A DNA stretch of 64,000 nt from an uncultured bacterium (GTDB lineage Bacteria > Patescibacteriota > Microgenomatia > Levybacterales > UBA12049), in contig CAWGXL010000002.1 in assembly GCA_963826535.1 (NCBI GenBank), forward strand, positions 30,503-94,502, given 5' to 3'. This document shows, one piece after another, positions 1 to 9,879 of this stretch. The notes under the pieces are model-generated. The model saw nothing but the letters and a program-made list of their open reading frames with translations, made no database searches and was not told the origin of the DNA. The position numbers were made by a program, and so were the translations under genes. Within the stretch, counting starts at the first letter, position 1; each line of letters begins with the position of its first letter.

Positions 1-1
1 G

Positions 2-415
2 TGGGAAGAGGCGCGCAGGCGTGGTTCACTTCGTTCAACGATTAGGAGGCTTGAAAAACAATCACTTGTCTCTTGGAAAGAAGTAGACGGAGAAACTCTG
101 CTTCGACTAACAGAAAATGGTAAAAAGAAAACGCTTCAGTTTACAATAGATAGCCTTCAGATTAAAAAGTCCAATAAATGGGACGGTTGGTGGAGGCTTG
201 TCATTTTTGATATTCCTGAAAATAAAAAGCTCAATCGTGAAATCTTTCGTAGAAAGTTGAAAGATCTTGAGTTCACACAACTTCAGAAAAGCGTTTTTGT
301 TTGTCGTTATGAATGTAAGGATGAGATTGATTTTTTGCGCCATGCACTGGAAGTCTCACCTTTTGTCCATTATATTCTCGCCAAAGAGATATCTGGATTT
401 GTGAAGAGTAGTTGA
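2..415 (+). CDS. PaaX-family transcriptional regulator-like protein, C-terminal part (5' end lies outside the window)
   Basis: Frame 2 is open from the window edge to TGA at 413-415. It is missing from the ORF track because it has no in-window start. The translation ...KWDGWWRLVIFDIPENKKLNREIFRRKLKDLEFTQLQKSVFVC... matches the conserved WDGKWLLLL...K..L...GFG core of the E. coli PaaX middle domain. Confidence 0.55.
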   Translation, partial: WEEARRRGSLRSTIRRLEKQSLVSWKEVDGETLLRLTENGKKKTLQFTIDSLQIKKSNKWDGWWRLVIFDIPENKKLNREIFRRKLKDLEFTQLQKSVFVCRYECKDEIDFLRHALEVSPFVHYILAKEISGFVKSS

Positions 416-490
416 ATTAAAGAGTGACATTTTTCTAAAGCGATCGCTTCTAAAAAATGTCAATGCTTGTGGAATAGAAGAGAACAAGGG

Positions 491-1213
491 CTATCTTGCA
501 TGATTGATTCTCCAAACCACTAAATCTGTAAGAGCCGCATTGTTCTCAAGTTGTCGCATAAGTCCAATAATGCTGCGTGGAGATAAAGTTATTGCAGGAG
601 GAACATCTACTCCTTTATGGAACCTTCTAAACTCCTTATCCCATCTTCCACCTAAACCATTTTCTATTGCTTGATTCCTACCTGGTTGATTATCTGGTTT
701 TGGAGCCTGAATATAATCTATTACCTTTCGAGATTTAGATCCTGGAATTGTTGCGTTTGTACCTATCTCAAGAGCTTTTCTTATCCATTTGTTATCAAAA
801 CGATCATCAGCATCATGTAAATCTATAAACATAGTTAAATACCCACCTGGTTCTGCAGCATCAGTTAAGAAGCCAGGAGCTACAGGAGTTAGCTTTGTTC
901 CCCATACTGCGCCTTGAAATGGATGTACATTAAAATAGCCGCCGCTACTTTGTCTTGTTTGTTGCCCTAAAGCTATAAGCGCATCTTGAGCTTGCTGTTC
1001 TGACCCTTTGCTTAAAAAGGATTGTCTTTGTTCAGTATCAATTCTGATATAAGGACCATTAACAGGATGATCAAAAATAAATCCAAAACCGTATGTGTAT
1101 CCACTTGCTGAATTTCTTCCTTCTATAGAAACAACACTAAGTCTGGCTTCAGGTGATACCCGATCAGGTTCTTCATATTTTTGTGGGTTTGGTCCAAATC
1201 TTTCACCGCTCAT
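491..1213 (-). CDS. hypothetical protein (240 aa), no recognisable motif
   Basis: Long uninterrupted ORF. It is Gly/Pro-rich with no signal peptide or TM segment, and I saw no family signature. Confidence 0.5.
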   Translation of the reverse strand: MSGERFGPNPQKYEEPDRVSPEARLSVVSIEGRNSASGYTYGFGFIFDHPVNGPYIRIDTEQRQSFLSKGSEQQAQDALIALGQQTRQSSGGYFNVHPFQGAVWGTKLTPVAPGFLTDAAEPGGYLTMFIDLHDADDRFDNKWIRKALEIGTNATIPGSKSRKVIDYIQAPKPDNQPGRNQAIENGLGGRWDKEFRRFHKGVDVPPAITLSPRSIIGLMRQLENNAALTDLVVWRINHAR

Positions 1214-1319
1214 AGTTGTTATTTCCTTATATATAGTTGATTATCGAACAATGCATATTGTATCATACCATATCAAATATATCCACCGTTTGAATTTTTA
1301 ATATGCTACCATTAAATAT

Positions 1320-2411
1320 ATGGATGATCGTCTATATTGGTTAGGTTTTTCGGCTTTTCCGGGAATTGGACCGGCTCGATTTCAGAAACTACTTGCGGCT
1401 TTTGGGCAAGCTCAATCTGCATGGAAAGCAGATGTTTCCGAACTAAAGAAGTCCGGAGTTGGAGAAATTCTGGCGCATAAACTGGTTGAATTTAGAGAAA
1501 ATTTTTCTACAGATGAGTATTTACAGAAGTTAAATAACGCGAAAGTAAAATTTTTAACTTTACGTGATCCTGAATATCCCGCCCCTTTATCACGAATAAA
1601 AAACCCGCCATTTGTTTTATATGTTAAAGGAGATTTTGATTTTCACCACGCAGAAAATCAAAAAACAATTGCTTTTGTTGGATCCAGAAAAATAACTTCT
1701 TATGGTACTCAAGTCACAGAGCTTTTGGTTGGTGATTTGGCGGAGGCCGGTTGTGTTATTGTATCTGGTCTGGCAATTGGGGTTGATAGCGTAGCGCATC
1801 GAAAGACAATTCAAAGCGGAGGAAAAACAATTGCAGTGCTAGGTAGCGGTGTCGATTGTTGTTATCCTGCGCAAAATATATCTTTGTACCGAAAAATATT
1901 AGAAACCGGTGGAGCCATTGTTTCGGAGTATCCATTGGGACAAGAACCGACAAAAGGATCATTCCCTTCTCGCAATCGGATAATTGCGGGACTTTCTATC
2001 GGCGTAGTAGTGACAGAAGGCGCAGCAGATAGCGGAGCGCTTATTACCGCTGAGGACGCCTTTTTAAACAAGCGAAAGGTCTTTGCAATTCCGGGACCAA
2101 TTACCTCCAATTACTCTAAAGGACCTAATGCGCTTTTAGCCCGCGGAGCAATTCCGGTCACTCAATCTGGAGATATATTGCAAGCGCTTGCAATACCACA
2201 GCGCCCGTCCACCAGGAAAATTTTCACAGGCACCGCTGAGGAACAAAAGATTATTGTTTTATTGCAAAATACAGAAATGCATATCGATGAATTAATAAAA
2301 CGTATGAATATCCCGGCAAGCAAAATTGGCACGACCCTTTCAATTATGGAAATGAAAGGCTTATTGCGAAACTTAGGATCAGGAATTTTCGCCTTAGCAG
2401 ATATTTCGTGA
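1320..2411 (+). CDS. dprA: DNA processing protein DprA (Smf)
   Basis: 363-aa ORF with the Rossmann-like DprA core (...FVGSRKITSYG..., GLAIGVDSVAHRKTIQSGGKTIAVLGSGVDCCYP, SEYPLGQEPTKGSFPSRNRIIAGLS, AADSGALITAEDA) and a C-terminal winged-helix-like tail. Confidence 0.85.
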   Translation: MDDRLYWLGFSAFPGIGPARFQKLLAAFGQAQSAWKADVSELKKSGVGEILAHKLVEFRENFSTDEYLQKLNNAKVKFLTLRDPEYPAPLSRIKNPPFVLYVKGDFDFHHAENQKTIAFVGSRKITSYGTQVTELLVGDLAEAGCVIVSGLAIGVDSVAHRKTIQSGGKTIAVLGSGVDCCYPAQNISLYRKILETGGAIVSEYPLGQEPTKGSFPSRNRIIAGLSIGVVVTEGAADSGALITAEDAFLNKRKVFAIPGPITSNYSKGPNALLARGAIPVTQSGDILQALAIPQRPSTRKIFTGTAEEQKIIVLLQNTEMHIDELIKRMNIPASKIGTTLSIMEMKGLLRNLGSGIFALADIS

Positions 2412-2447
2412 ACATTAGACCCGCTGAGCAGACCAAAAAGCAACTGA

Positions 2448-3071
2448 CTATTTTTGAATGAACACAACTGCTGATACAGCACCAGCACGAGGAATGCCAT
2501 CCGCAGAATGCCGCCAAACTACCCGCAGTGGATTGCCAGGACGATCTCGACCAATGCTTACAGGGTAGTCATCCGACGTATTATCTAATACCCGGCCAAA
2601 CTGACGCATTAAAAGCTCATTTCCTGTTTTTGCCTTGCAAGCTTTATCTAATTGAGACAAACCTGAGGCTGGCAACATGACTGATCTTGCATAAGGATTT
2701 ATTGCTTCTATTAGTCCCCTGGAATGATTTTGAGTCATAACAAGTTGTAGAGGACGATCCTCATCAAAACTTCCCATAACAAAAACTCTAGTCGGATCTA
2801 TTGCAACTAGCATTGAGTTTGGTAAAGCAAAATCACGTAGACTAGGAATCGCATTTACATAATTCAGCTGATCGCGTCTGAAATAACTTGGATCTTCCTG
2901 AATAACCTCAGGCAATGTTTTTGGCTCGATCCTAAGAAAAATAAATCCACGACTTGCAAATTCTATCTGCTCTTCAATTGACGGCTTACGAACTCTGTAC
3001 AATAAATCATAGGATTCCTGACGAAGATTCTTTTCCGGAACTACTGCTTTTCTCTCTGGACCCAGCCCCAT
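2448..3071 (-). CDS. hypothetical protein (207 aa)
   Basis: Long ORF with no signal peptide and no family motif I can name. Confidence 0.45.
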   Translation of the reverse strand: MGLGPERKAVVPEKNLRQESYDLLYRVRKPSIEEQIEFASRGFIFLRIEPKTLPEVIQEDPSYFRRDQLNYVNAIPSLRDFALPNSMLVAIDPTRVFVMGSFDEDRPLQLVMTQNHSRGLIEAINPYARSVMLPASGLSQLDKACKAKTGNELLMRQFGRVLDNTSDDYPVSIGRDRPGNPLRVVWRHSADGIPRAGAVSAVVFIQK

Positions 3072-3170
3072 ATGACGAGAACCATATCATACTATGAGAT
3101 GTCTGTCAAATATTAAATTGACAACAGTTTATTTTAAAATTTAATTCCGCTCTGATTGAAATACATAAGC

Positions 3171-3275
3171 TTGTCATCCCTACCGAAGCGATAGCCTAGT
3201 TGAGGGATCTCACACAAATGAGTAGCTAAGGCGGTATGAGATTCCTCGACTCCCGTCGGTCGCTCGGAATGACAA
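3171..3275. repeat. Structured palindromic element, copy A: TTGTCATCCC...GGAATGACAA termini enclosing two hairpins closed by ATyCC/GGrAT stems
   Basis: Terminal inverted repeat TTGTCATCCC (3171-3180) / GGAATGACAA (3266-3275). Internal arms are ATCCC(3175-3179)...GGGAT(3204-3208) and ATTCC(3241-3245)...CGACtcccGTCG...GGAAT(3266-3270). It sits in the 3' intergenic region after the 3303..4850 gene. The architecture is shared with copy B at 52156..52271. Confidence 0.5.
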
Positions 3276-3302
3276 TACCAAGTCAACTTATTGCGGCGTA
3301 GT

Positions 3303-4850
3303 TTATTTGTCAACAACTGGTTGGTCAGGTGGCACAGCGCCTCTTTCCATCAATGCTCCCCCTGAACTGACTGGATAAGGATATGGTGGAGTTTGTCTGT
3401 CTTGGAAAAATATAAAGAAAATTAGAGCAAACACAATTCCATAAAACACGAGCCAGAAAATTGTCAGAATGAGAGTTGCCGATCCGGCAATAATCCCTTT
3501 TTTTATACCCACAATAATCCCGGGAGCGAATAAAAACATCGCATAAATACATAAAGAAATAACTGCAAAAAGGAGAATTAAAAGAGAATAGAAAAAGTTA
3601 TAACTGTAATATTGGAAAACCTGTACGAAGTAATAACTTAAAATGTACAAACCGATTGTATATAATAGTATAAGAAGTGACGCGCCGAAACTTGCCCCTA
3701 AAACCACCATGTAAGAAAGAGTTCTGAGGTTACTTGGTTGGTCAGGAGGAGTATCTTTTTTACCAAAAACCTTTTTTACAGCTATAAATAGCGATCCAAA
3801 TGCCAGCACCAGAACGAGAACAAAGATTCCGATTCCAACTCCTATTTCCCGGCCGTATAATTTCCATCTACTATCAGCATACACGCCATGAACTGTATAA
3901 GATTCATTTGGCTGGAGATTAGAAGCTGATTTTACTATTGTACCCTGACCAATTGAATTGTAAAATTGATCAAATTGAGCATTACCCGCGCTTCTCCCTT
4001 CATCAACCGCAGCACTCATAGGAGCGATTGATGTTTCTTTTGCCTGGTAATTAATATCTCCTTTTGCGTCTTTAAGGTAGTAATCAGGATCAACTATGAC
4101 TCCAACCTGCAGGCTTTGAATTGTATCCGCAACTTTAACCGTATCAACAGAAAAATTATATGCTCCAAGCATATCTTTATTCGTAACACCACTCATGGAA
4201 AAGGAAAGAAGCAAGCTTCCGCTGCCATTAGGCTTTACTTCTTTCGGTAATTGAACTGTCAGCTCGCTGCCATTAAGTACAAATTTTGCTTTATGATATG
4301 TTGTAGCCCCCCATCCATATGAATAGTCAGGCTCCTGATACTGATCGCATTTTTGTGTAGGTGGGGGATAATTGTAAATCATAGAATCACTTTCAGAAGT
4401 TAGCGGCATTGGTTGGTATGAAATACACTGCGGCTCCCGGTACACTTGATACACGCTGAGATTTTGCGGATCTTTTTGAAAAGTGAATTTAATTGCCGAC
4501 ACCGAAGCCTCTTCTCTATTTGAAAAAACTGTTTTCAAGGAGAACAAAGCGTCCCCATTGCCCCGTAAAGTTATAGTATAAAAATGATTTTGTCCAAAAG
4601 GGAGACTAGTTTCGGGATTAGGCACCGGGGGCATTATCTTCACCGGCTCGGCAACGCCTGGCATTGTCATTGGTTCCGCATCACGCATCCGATCTTCTGT
4701 CCAATATCCCTCACTCCCTGTAGATTCTGTAGTTGAAGATATGGGTGAAGAGACAGAAACGCTCGCTTTAGTATTATCTTGAGCGAAGGAAGTTATAGGA
4801 AGACAAAGGGTCAATAAAAACACAAACAATACAACCCAGCCTTTTTTCAT
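3303..4850 (-). CDS. secreted/membrane protein: N-terminal signal peptide, ~330-aa extracytoplasmic domain, C-terminal polytopic membrane domain
   Basis: The N-terminus MKKGWVVLFVFLLTLCLPITSFAQD is signal-peptide-like. The C-terminal ~170 aa form several hydrophobic helices (GIGIFVLVLVLAFGSLFIAV..., ...LILLYTIGLYILSYYF..., ...ILTIFWLVFYGIVFALIFFIFF). Confidence 0.6.
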   Translation of the reverse strand: MKKGWVVLFVFLLTLCLPITSFAQDNTKASVSVSSPISSTTESTGSEGYWTEDRMRDAEPMTMPGVAEPVKIMPPVPNPETSLPFGQNHFYTITLRGNGDALFSLKTVFSNREEASVSAIKFTFQKDPQNLSVYQVYREPQCISYQPMPLTSESDSMIYNYPPPTQKCDQYQEPDYSYGWGATTYHKAKFVLNGSELTVQLPKEVKPNGSGSLLLSFSMSGVTNKDMLGAYNFSVDTVKVADTIQSLQVGVIVDPDYYLKDAKGDINYQAKETSIAPMSAAVDEGRSAGNAQFDQFYNSIGQGTIVKSASNLQPNESYTVHGVYADSRWKLYGREIGVGIGIFVLVLVLAFGSLFIAVKKVFGKKDTPPDQPSNLRTLSYMVVLGASFGASLLILLYTIGLYILSYYFVQVFQYYSYNFFYSLLILLFAVISLCIYAMFLFAPGIIVGIKKGIIAGSATLILTIFWLVFYGIVFALIFFIFFQDRQTPPYPYPVSSGGALMERGAVPPDQPVVDK

Positions 4851-4889
4851 ATCTGTTCAAGTACACCATATTCTTTTATCTATGTCAAT

Positions 4890-5807
4890 TCAAAACTTCC
4901 ACCCAAGCTCTTTTTTGATTTCTTTCACGGCTTTCTCGTATTGCTCTTTAGTTAGCTGATTATTTAGAACGCAGTATTTTTTGTTGGCTAAATCCACACA
5001 GCCGAAGCAATCAGAGCAGTTTTTAAGATAGGCGCTATAATAACAATTGGTGCAATATTGACAAAAGTATAAAAAAGCACAGTTATAAAGAGAACGAGAA
5101 AGTGCTAGCTCATAACATCGCTCGGCAACAAGACTTCTGTCCGCGCTACCTGAGTAATATAAATCCCAACAGCTTTTTGCGTTTACGCTAATGAAAATAT
5201 AGCCTGAATTTTCACCATAAAAAGTATTAAAACACCAATAATTATTTTTTGAATTATAAATGTAATTACCATAAAGACAATTCTCATTATCCAACTGTTG
5301 GTTTGCGGGATGAGGAATTTGTCGTTTTAAATCAAACATTTGCTTGAGAAGCTTTTCAGGGTTTTGTTTTCTTAGCTCTTCAACTTTTTTAAAATATTCC
5401 TCTTTGGTATATTGTTTATTAAATATACAATATTTCTTATGAGTTAAACCTACACATCCGAAGCAATCTGCACAGGCATTTAACATCGCGGAAAAATGAC
5501 AGCCTGTACAACTGTTGCAATCCATCAGATACGTACAATTATGACATTTAGTGGAATCAATACATTGATAGCACTTTTCAGATTCTGCAACAAAAGTACA
5601 ATCTACGACTTTGTTACTCCAAAATCCATTCGAAGTATATATCCCGTCTTCCAAGTAGCTTGAAATAAAACAGTGATAGCAATTTTTGCTGTTATAAAGG
5701 ATATCTCCATATTCACAATCAACAGATTGGAAAGTTATAGTTGCCGGAACAGGAATAGATTTTTTCAGAAGCTCATATTTTTCCAGAAAGGTCATAATAA
5801 ATATCAA
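4890..5807 (-). CDS. Cys-rich repeat protein (about 30 Cys, internal two-fold duplication), paralog 1
   Basis: 305-aa ORF with repeated ~11-12-aa units carrying C-x2-C (CYHCF, CYQCI, CHNCT, CNSCTGC, CADCFGCVGL...KKYCIFNKQ). The second half repeats this pattern (...CQYCTNCYYSAYLKNCSDCFGCVDLANKKYCVLNNQ). It is about 65% identical to the ORF at 17309..18217, and the N-termini MTFLEK(Y/F)ELLKKSIPVPA are nearly identical. The likely true start is the second Met at 5795. Confidence 0.6.
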   Translation of the reverse strand: MIFIMTFLEKYELLKKSIPVPATITFQSVDCEYGDILYNSKNCYHCFISSYLEDGIYTSNGFWSNKVVDCTFVAESEKCYQCIDSTKCHNCTYLMDCNSCTGCHFSAMLNACADCFGCVGLTHKKYCIFNKQYTKEEYFKKVEELRKQNPEKLLKQMFDLKRQIPHPANQQLDNENCLYGNYIYNSKNNYWCFNTFYGENSGYIFISVNAKSCWDLYYSGSADRSLVAERCYELALSRSLYNCAFLYFCQYCTNCYYSAYLKNCSDCFGCVDLANKKYCVLNNQLTKEQYEKAVKEIKKELGWKF

Positions 5808-5849
5808 AAATTATTATAGCATAATTTATAATACCGTCTTGACAGCCCC

Positions 5850-5857
5850 TGTATAAT
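5850..5857 (+). promoter_or_regulatory. extended -10 element (TGTATAAT) upstream of topA
   Basis: TGTATAAT lies 46 nt upstream of the topA ATG. No well-spaced -35 hexamer is present. Confidence 0.3.
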
Positions 5858-5902
5858 GTAGACTACAATTATTTAAGTCCTGAAAGATGGACTAAATTTT
5901 TT

Positions 5903-8032
5903 ATGAGAAACCTTGTTATAGTTGAATCGCCTACAAAAGCAAGAACTATTGGTAAATTCTTAGGAAATGATTATGAGATTAAGTTCTCAATGGGACATAT
6001 TATTGATTTGCCCAAAAGTAAACTCGGGGTTGCGGTTGAAGATGGATTCACCCCGCAGTATGAAGTTATCGCGGATAAGAAAAAGATAATTGCGGATCTG
6101 CGCGCTTCAGCGAAAAAAGCGGACACAATCATTCTCGCGACAGACCCTGATCGTGAAGGAGAAGCGATCGCGTCCAATATTAAAGATGTTCTCTCTAAAA
6201 AAATTTTGGGCAAAGGCAAATCCCCCTCTGGTGAAAAAAACGAAAAATTTAAAAGGATTGTATTCCATGAAATCACAGAGGCTGCAATAAAAGAAGCACT
6301 TGCGAGTCCTAGGGATGTTGATGTTAATTTAGTTAATGCACAGACTGCAAGACGGGTTCTGGATCGGTTAGTCGGTTATCAATTATCACCGGTTTTGTGG
6401 AAGAAAGTTCGGCGGGGATTGTCAGCCGGTAGAGTGCAAAGTGTTACCTTGCGTCTTATTGTAGAGCGCGAGCGGGAAATTGAAAAATTCGCTAAGGAGC
6501 CATATTGGACAGTTCATGCGTTGTTTACAAAATTAGAAAATGACGCGGTAGAATTTACTTTATTAGAAATTAATGGTGAGAAAATAGAAACTTCTCAAAC
6601 ATTTACTCTTTACGATGGAGAATATAAAACAACAAAAACTATTATTGACAGTCAAAACAGAGCAGAGGAGATTGCCAAAGATATTACAGGGAAGAATTTT
6701 ACTGTCGCGGATGTGATCAAGCGGCAGATAAAACGTAGCCCCTATGCGCCTTTCACAACATCTACTATGCAGCAGGATGCATCCCGGCGATACGGATTTT
6801 CAGGAAAAAGGACTATGAGGTTAGCGCAAAAACTATACGAAGAAGGATTTATTACTTATCATAGAACCGATTCGGTAATTTTGTCCCGTCCCTCAATCAC
6901 ACAAATACGGACATTTATTCAAAAAGAATATGGTGAGAAATACGTGCCTGAAAAACCCCGGATTTATTCAGCCAAACAAAAACTTGCTCAGGAAGCTCAT
7001 GAAGGAATCAGGCCGACAAAAATCCAAAAAGTAAGCCTACAGGCAAATGGAGAAATAACAAATGATCATACTAAACTATATGAATTAATTTGGAAGCGGA
7101 CAGCCGCATCACAAATGAGTGATGCATTAATTGAATCAACAACTGTGTACGCAGATTCTACTGTTGTCATTGCGAGCGGTAGCGAATCAATCTCTAATAA
7201 TAATCTTTACAGATTTAAATCAACAGGCTCAGTACTTCTTTTCGATGGGTTCTTGAAATTGACTCCACTGGCTTTGCAGGATAGACAGCTACCACAATTT
7301 ATATCAGGGGAATCTTTGACACTAAGCAAATGTTTTAACACAGCGCATGAAACCCAACCGCCTCCAAGGTACAACGAGGCATCGCTGATCGCGGCTTTGG
7401 AAGAAAAAGGAATCGGCCGTCCATCAACATATGCTTCGATCGTCGCGACACTTATAGATCGCGGATATGCTGAACGAATTGAAAAGCGATTTGAACCAAC
7501 AGTTGTTGGGAAAGCGGTTAATGATTTTCTTGTCACTAATTTTTCAGCAATTGATGATATTCCGTTTACAGCGGAGATGGAAGATAAATTGGATAGCATT
7601 GCTCAAGGAAAAAAAGAATGGGTAGATATGATGCGCGACTTCTATACTCCTTTTGAAAAAAAGATAAGCGAGGTAGAAAGTGCAAGTAGAGTAAAGATAG
7701 AAACTCAGCCAACAAGTGAGATTTGTCCTCTATGCGGAGCAAATGTAGTGATAAGGTATGGAAAATTTGGAAAATTTCTTTCCTGTAGTAAATTTCCCGA
7801 ATGTAAGTTCACTAAATCTTATGCCGAGGAAACCAATTTAACCTGCCCAAAAGATAATGGAAACATTATTGTAAAGAAAACCCGCAAAGGCCGTAAATTT
7901 TTCGGTTGTTCCAATTATCCCGCCTGCGACTTCGCGGCGTGGAAGTTAGAAGACATTAAAAATTATGATCCAAACGCACCTGCAAAAAATAAAACTGAAA
8001 CGAAAATGATCTCTATCGGGAAGGAGAAGTAA
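5903..8032 (+). CDS. topA: DNA topoisomerase I with C-terminal zinc-ribbon repeats
   Basis: A 709-aa TOPRIM start (MRNLVIVESPTKARTIGKFLG...) is followed by the topoisomerase IA core (...GFITYHRTDS... with an active-site Tyr context). The C-terminus carries CxxC...CxxC ribbons (CPLCGANVVIRYGKFGKFLSCSKFPECKF; CPKDNG...FFGCSNYPACDF). Confidence 0.9.
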   Translation: MRNLVIVESPTKARTIGKFLGNDYEIKFSMGHIIDLPKSKLGVAVEDGFTPQYEVIADKKKIIADLRASAKKADTIILATDPDREGEAIASNIKDVLSKKILGKGKSPSGEKNEKFKRIVFHEITEAAIKEALASPRDVDVNLVNAQTARRVLDRLVGYQLSPVLWKKVRRGLSAGRVQSVTLRLIVEREREIEKFAKEPYWTVHALFTKLENDAVEFTLLEINGEKIETSQTFTLYDGEYKTTKTIIDSQNRAEEIAKDITGKNFTVADVIKRQIKRSPYAPFTTSTMQQDASRRYGFSGKRTMRLAQKLYEEGFITYHRTDSVILSRPSITQIRTFIQKEYGEKYVPEKPRIYSAKQKLAQEAHEGIRPTKIQKVSLQANGEITNDHTKLYELIWKRTAASQMSDALIESTTVYADSTVVIASGSESISNNNLYRFKSTGSVLLFDGFLKLTPLALQDRQLPQFISGESLTLSKCFNTAHETQPPPRYNEASLIAALEEKGIGRPSTYASIVATLIDRGYAERIEKRFEPTVVGKAVNDFLVTNFSAIDDIPFTAEMEDKLDSIAQGKKEWVDMMRDFYTPFEKKISEVESASRVKIETQPTSEICPLCGANVVIRYGKFGKFLSCSKFPECKFTKSYAEETNLTCPKDNGNIIVKKTRKGRKFFGCSNYPACDFAAWKLEDIKNYDPNAPAKNKTETKMISIGKEK

Positions 8033-8036
8033 AACT

Positions 8037-8834
8037 TTATTCCCCGGGCGAAGCGGGACAAACAAATTCACAATTAGGTCCGGTTCTCCCCACAAACGAT
8101 CCATCAGGACACTGCCTCGCATCCTCCGTGCAAAATGTTAGTTTCTGTGTAGGAGGTGGAATCGATACCTGCGCTTGGTCGAGGAATTTGAAGGTGGAGA
8201 TGATTTGGCCAAAAACCCTGGATGCATTTTCATCATAATATTGTATTTGTAGTTCGATTAATGGTTCCATATTGGTTTTAATTATATCGCTGCTTTCACC
8301 ATTTATTTCAACTAATTCAAAACCTTTTCCGGGAACACCTCCTAGAATAATTTGTCCTGAACGATTTCCGTTAATGCATTTTTTGACAATTTGACTACTT
8401 GAACATTCAGGATATGCTAGAAAATTTATAAATGATTTCGGATCATCAGACACAGTAATTCCTATCGCAGGGGTTCCATTTTGGTAATACAATATTATTT
8501 TAGTGTCTTTCTCTTCAATTTTGTCAATTTGCTGTGGATATTGAAAGGCAAAAGAATATCGATTATTAATATATGTTTTCATTTTACTCGGATCGGAAGT
8601 TGGAGAAGCAGAAAAAGAATTCGGAGATGTTGTCGGTTGTAATATAGCTAATTGTTTTTGTTTATAATTTGACGAAACATATTTAATTCCGAATACAACT
8701 ATTATAAAAATAAGTGAAAAAAGCAAAAAGTATTTGCCATATTTATCCAGGAACGAAGCATTAGGGTCATTCAACAATTTTTTATAGACCTCCGGAAGCT
8801 CTTGCTCTGGAGCAGGACGTTCAGAATTATCCAT
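8037..8834 (-). CDS. membrane-anchored hypothetical protein with a C-terminal 4-Cys module
   Basis: A single TM segment (FLLFSLIFIIVVFGIKYV) follows a ~35-aa cytoplasmic N-terminus. The extracytoplasmic C-terminus ends ...FCTEDARQCPDGSFVGRTGPNCEFVCPASPGE. Confidence 0.55.
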   Translation of the reverse strand: MDNSERPAPEQELPEVYKKLLNDPNASFLDKYGKYFLLFSLIFIIVVFGIKYVSSNYKQKQLAILQPTTSPNSFSASPTSDPSKMKTYINNRYSFAFQYPQQIDKIEEKDTKIILYYQNGTPAIGITVSDDPKSFINFLAYPECSSSQIVKKCINGNRSGQIILGGVPGKGFELVEINGESSDIIKTNMEPLIELQIQYYDENASRVFGQIISTFKFLDQAQVSIPPPTQKLTFCTEDARQCPDGSFVGRTGPNCEFVCPASPGE

Positions 8835-8967
8835 TAAGCTCAGTATTTCATATTACACAAACGAGTGTCAACAAAACATTTCCAGTTCCTGAATCTCCTT
8901 TTCAATACTTTTTAATTTCATTCAAATCAAATTAGGCGGATTTTGCACTATTTGCTATAATGGGTAT

Positions 8968-9852
8968 ATGGAAAAAGATTATTATAAAGCACTAGGTGTT
9001 TCTAAAAGTGCAACTCACGATGAAATAAAACGTGCCTACCGTAAGCTTGCTCTTGAATTTCATCCGGACCGTAATAAAACCAAAGAAGCAGGTGATAAGT
9101 TTAAAGAAATAACCAAAGCTTATGAAGTACTGTCCAATGATGAAAAAAGAAAAATGTACGACCAGGTAGGCCATGCAGCCTTCGAACAAGGAGCAGGTCA
9201 GGGTCCCTTTGGAGGCGGGGGCGGGCAATCTTCCGGACAATATGGACCTTTCACATATAGTTATCAAACGAATGGAGGAGGAGCTGACTTTGATTTCGGA
9301 GGCTACTCTGACCCATTTGAAATTTTCGAACAATTCTTCGGCGGCGGTTCACCATTCGGGCAACGACAGCGGCGCCCTATATACTCAGCAGCAATCAGTT
9401 TTATGGACGCAGCGCTCGGTACAGAGAAGGAGTTAATAATTAATGGAGAAAAACAGAAAATTAAAATTCCCGCAGGAGTTGATAGCGGTTCTAGAATCCG
9501 ATTTGAGAAGTATGACATTGTGCTTGATGTCAAGCCGGACGCACGCTTTGCGCGCGAAGGATCTGATGTTGTATCGGAAAAAGAAATCTCTTTCACACAA
9601 GCCGCAATAGGCGCGGAAATATCAGTCGCAACTGTTGATGGAGATATTAAAATACGCATACCCGAAGGAACACAACCTGGTACCTTGATCCGCCTTCAAG
9701 GACGAGGCATCCCTCATCTCAGAGGCAGCGGACGGGGAAGTCACTATGTACGCATCAAAGTCGTCGTCCCCAAAAAACTTTCAAAACAACAAAGAGATCT
9801 CCTTGAAGAATTTCAGAAAGAAGAGCTACAAGCAAAAAAACGCTGGTTCTAA
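8968..9852 (+). CDS. DnaJ-family J-domain protein (CbpA-like class II: J domain, G/F region, DnaJ C-terminal domains, no CxxCxGxG zinc finger)
   Basis: J domain [34 protein letters not shown] with the HPD motif, then a Gly/Phe-rich linker ([21 protein letters not shown]...[20 protein letters not shown]) and a C-terminal substrate-binding region. There are no Cys repeats. Confidence 0.8.
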   Translation: MEKDYYKALGVSKSATHDEIKRAYRKLALEFHPDRNKTKEAGDKFKEITKAYEVLSNDEKRKMYDQVGHAAFEQGAGQGPFGGGGGQSSGQYGPFTYSYQTNGGGADFDFGGYSDPFEIFEQFFGGGSPFGQRQRRPIYSAAISFMDAALGTEKELIINGEKQKIKIPAGVDSGSRIRFEKYDIVLDVKPDARFAREGSDVVSEKEISFTQAAIGAEISVATVDGDIKIRIPEGTQPGTLIRLQGRGIPHLRGSGRGSHYVRIKVVVPKKLSKQQRDLLEEFQKEELQAKKRWF

Positions 9853-9879
9853 AATTTGTTAAAAGTTAATTAATATTAT

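Noticed and set aside
107-343. 78-aa ORF on the minus strand
   Set aside because: It lies entirely antisense to the coherent PaaX-like reading frame on the plus strand and has low-complexity composition. It is a spurious shadow ORF.
1095-1301. 68-aa plus-strand ORF overlapping the 3' end of the 491..1213 gene
   Set aside because: Antisense overlap with a longer ORF, and the sequence is an AT-rich promoter region.
3134-3316. 60-aa minus-strand ORF in the 3071-3303 intergenic gap. I also considered a tRNA or other RNA gene here.
   Set aside because: The ORF is just the read-through of the palindromic element A. There is no T-loop (GTTCRANYC) or cloverleaf, so I reject tRNA. It is annotated as a repeat instead.
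8835-8967. CIRCE heat-shock operator (TTAGCACTC-N9-GAGTGCTAA) upstream of the J-domain gene
   Set aside because: Only a partial GAGTGTCAA half-site is present, with no inverted partner at the right spacing.
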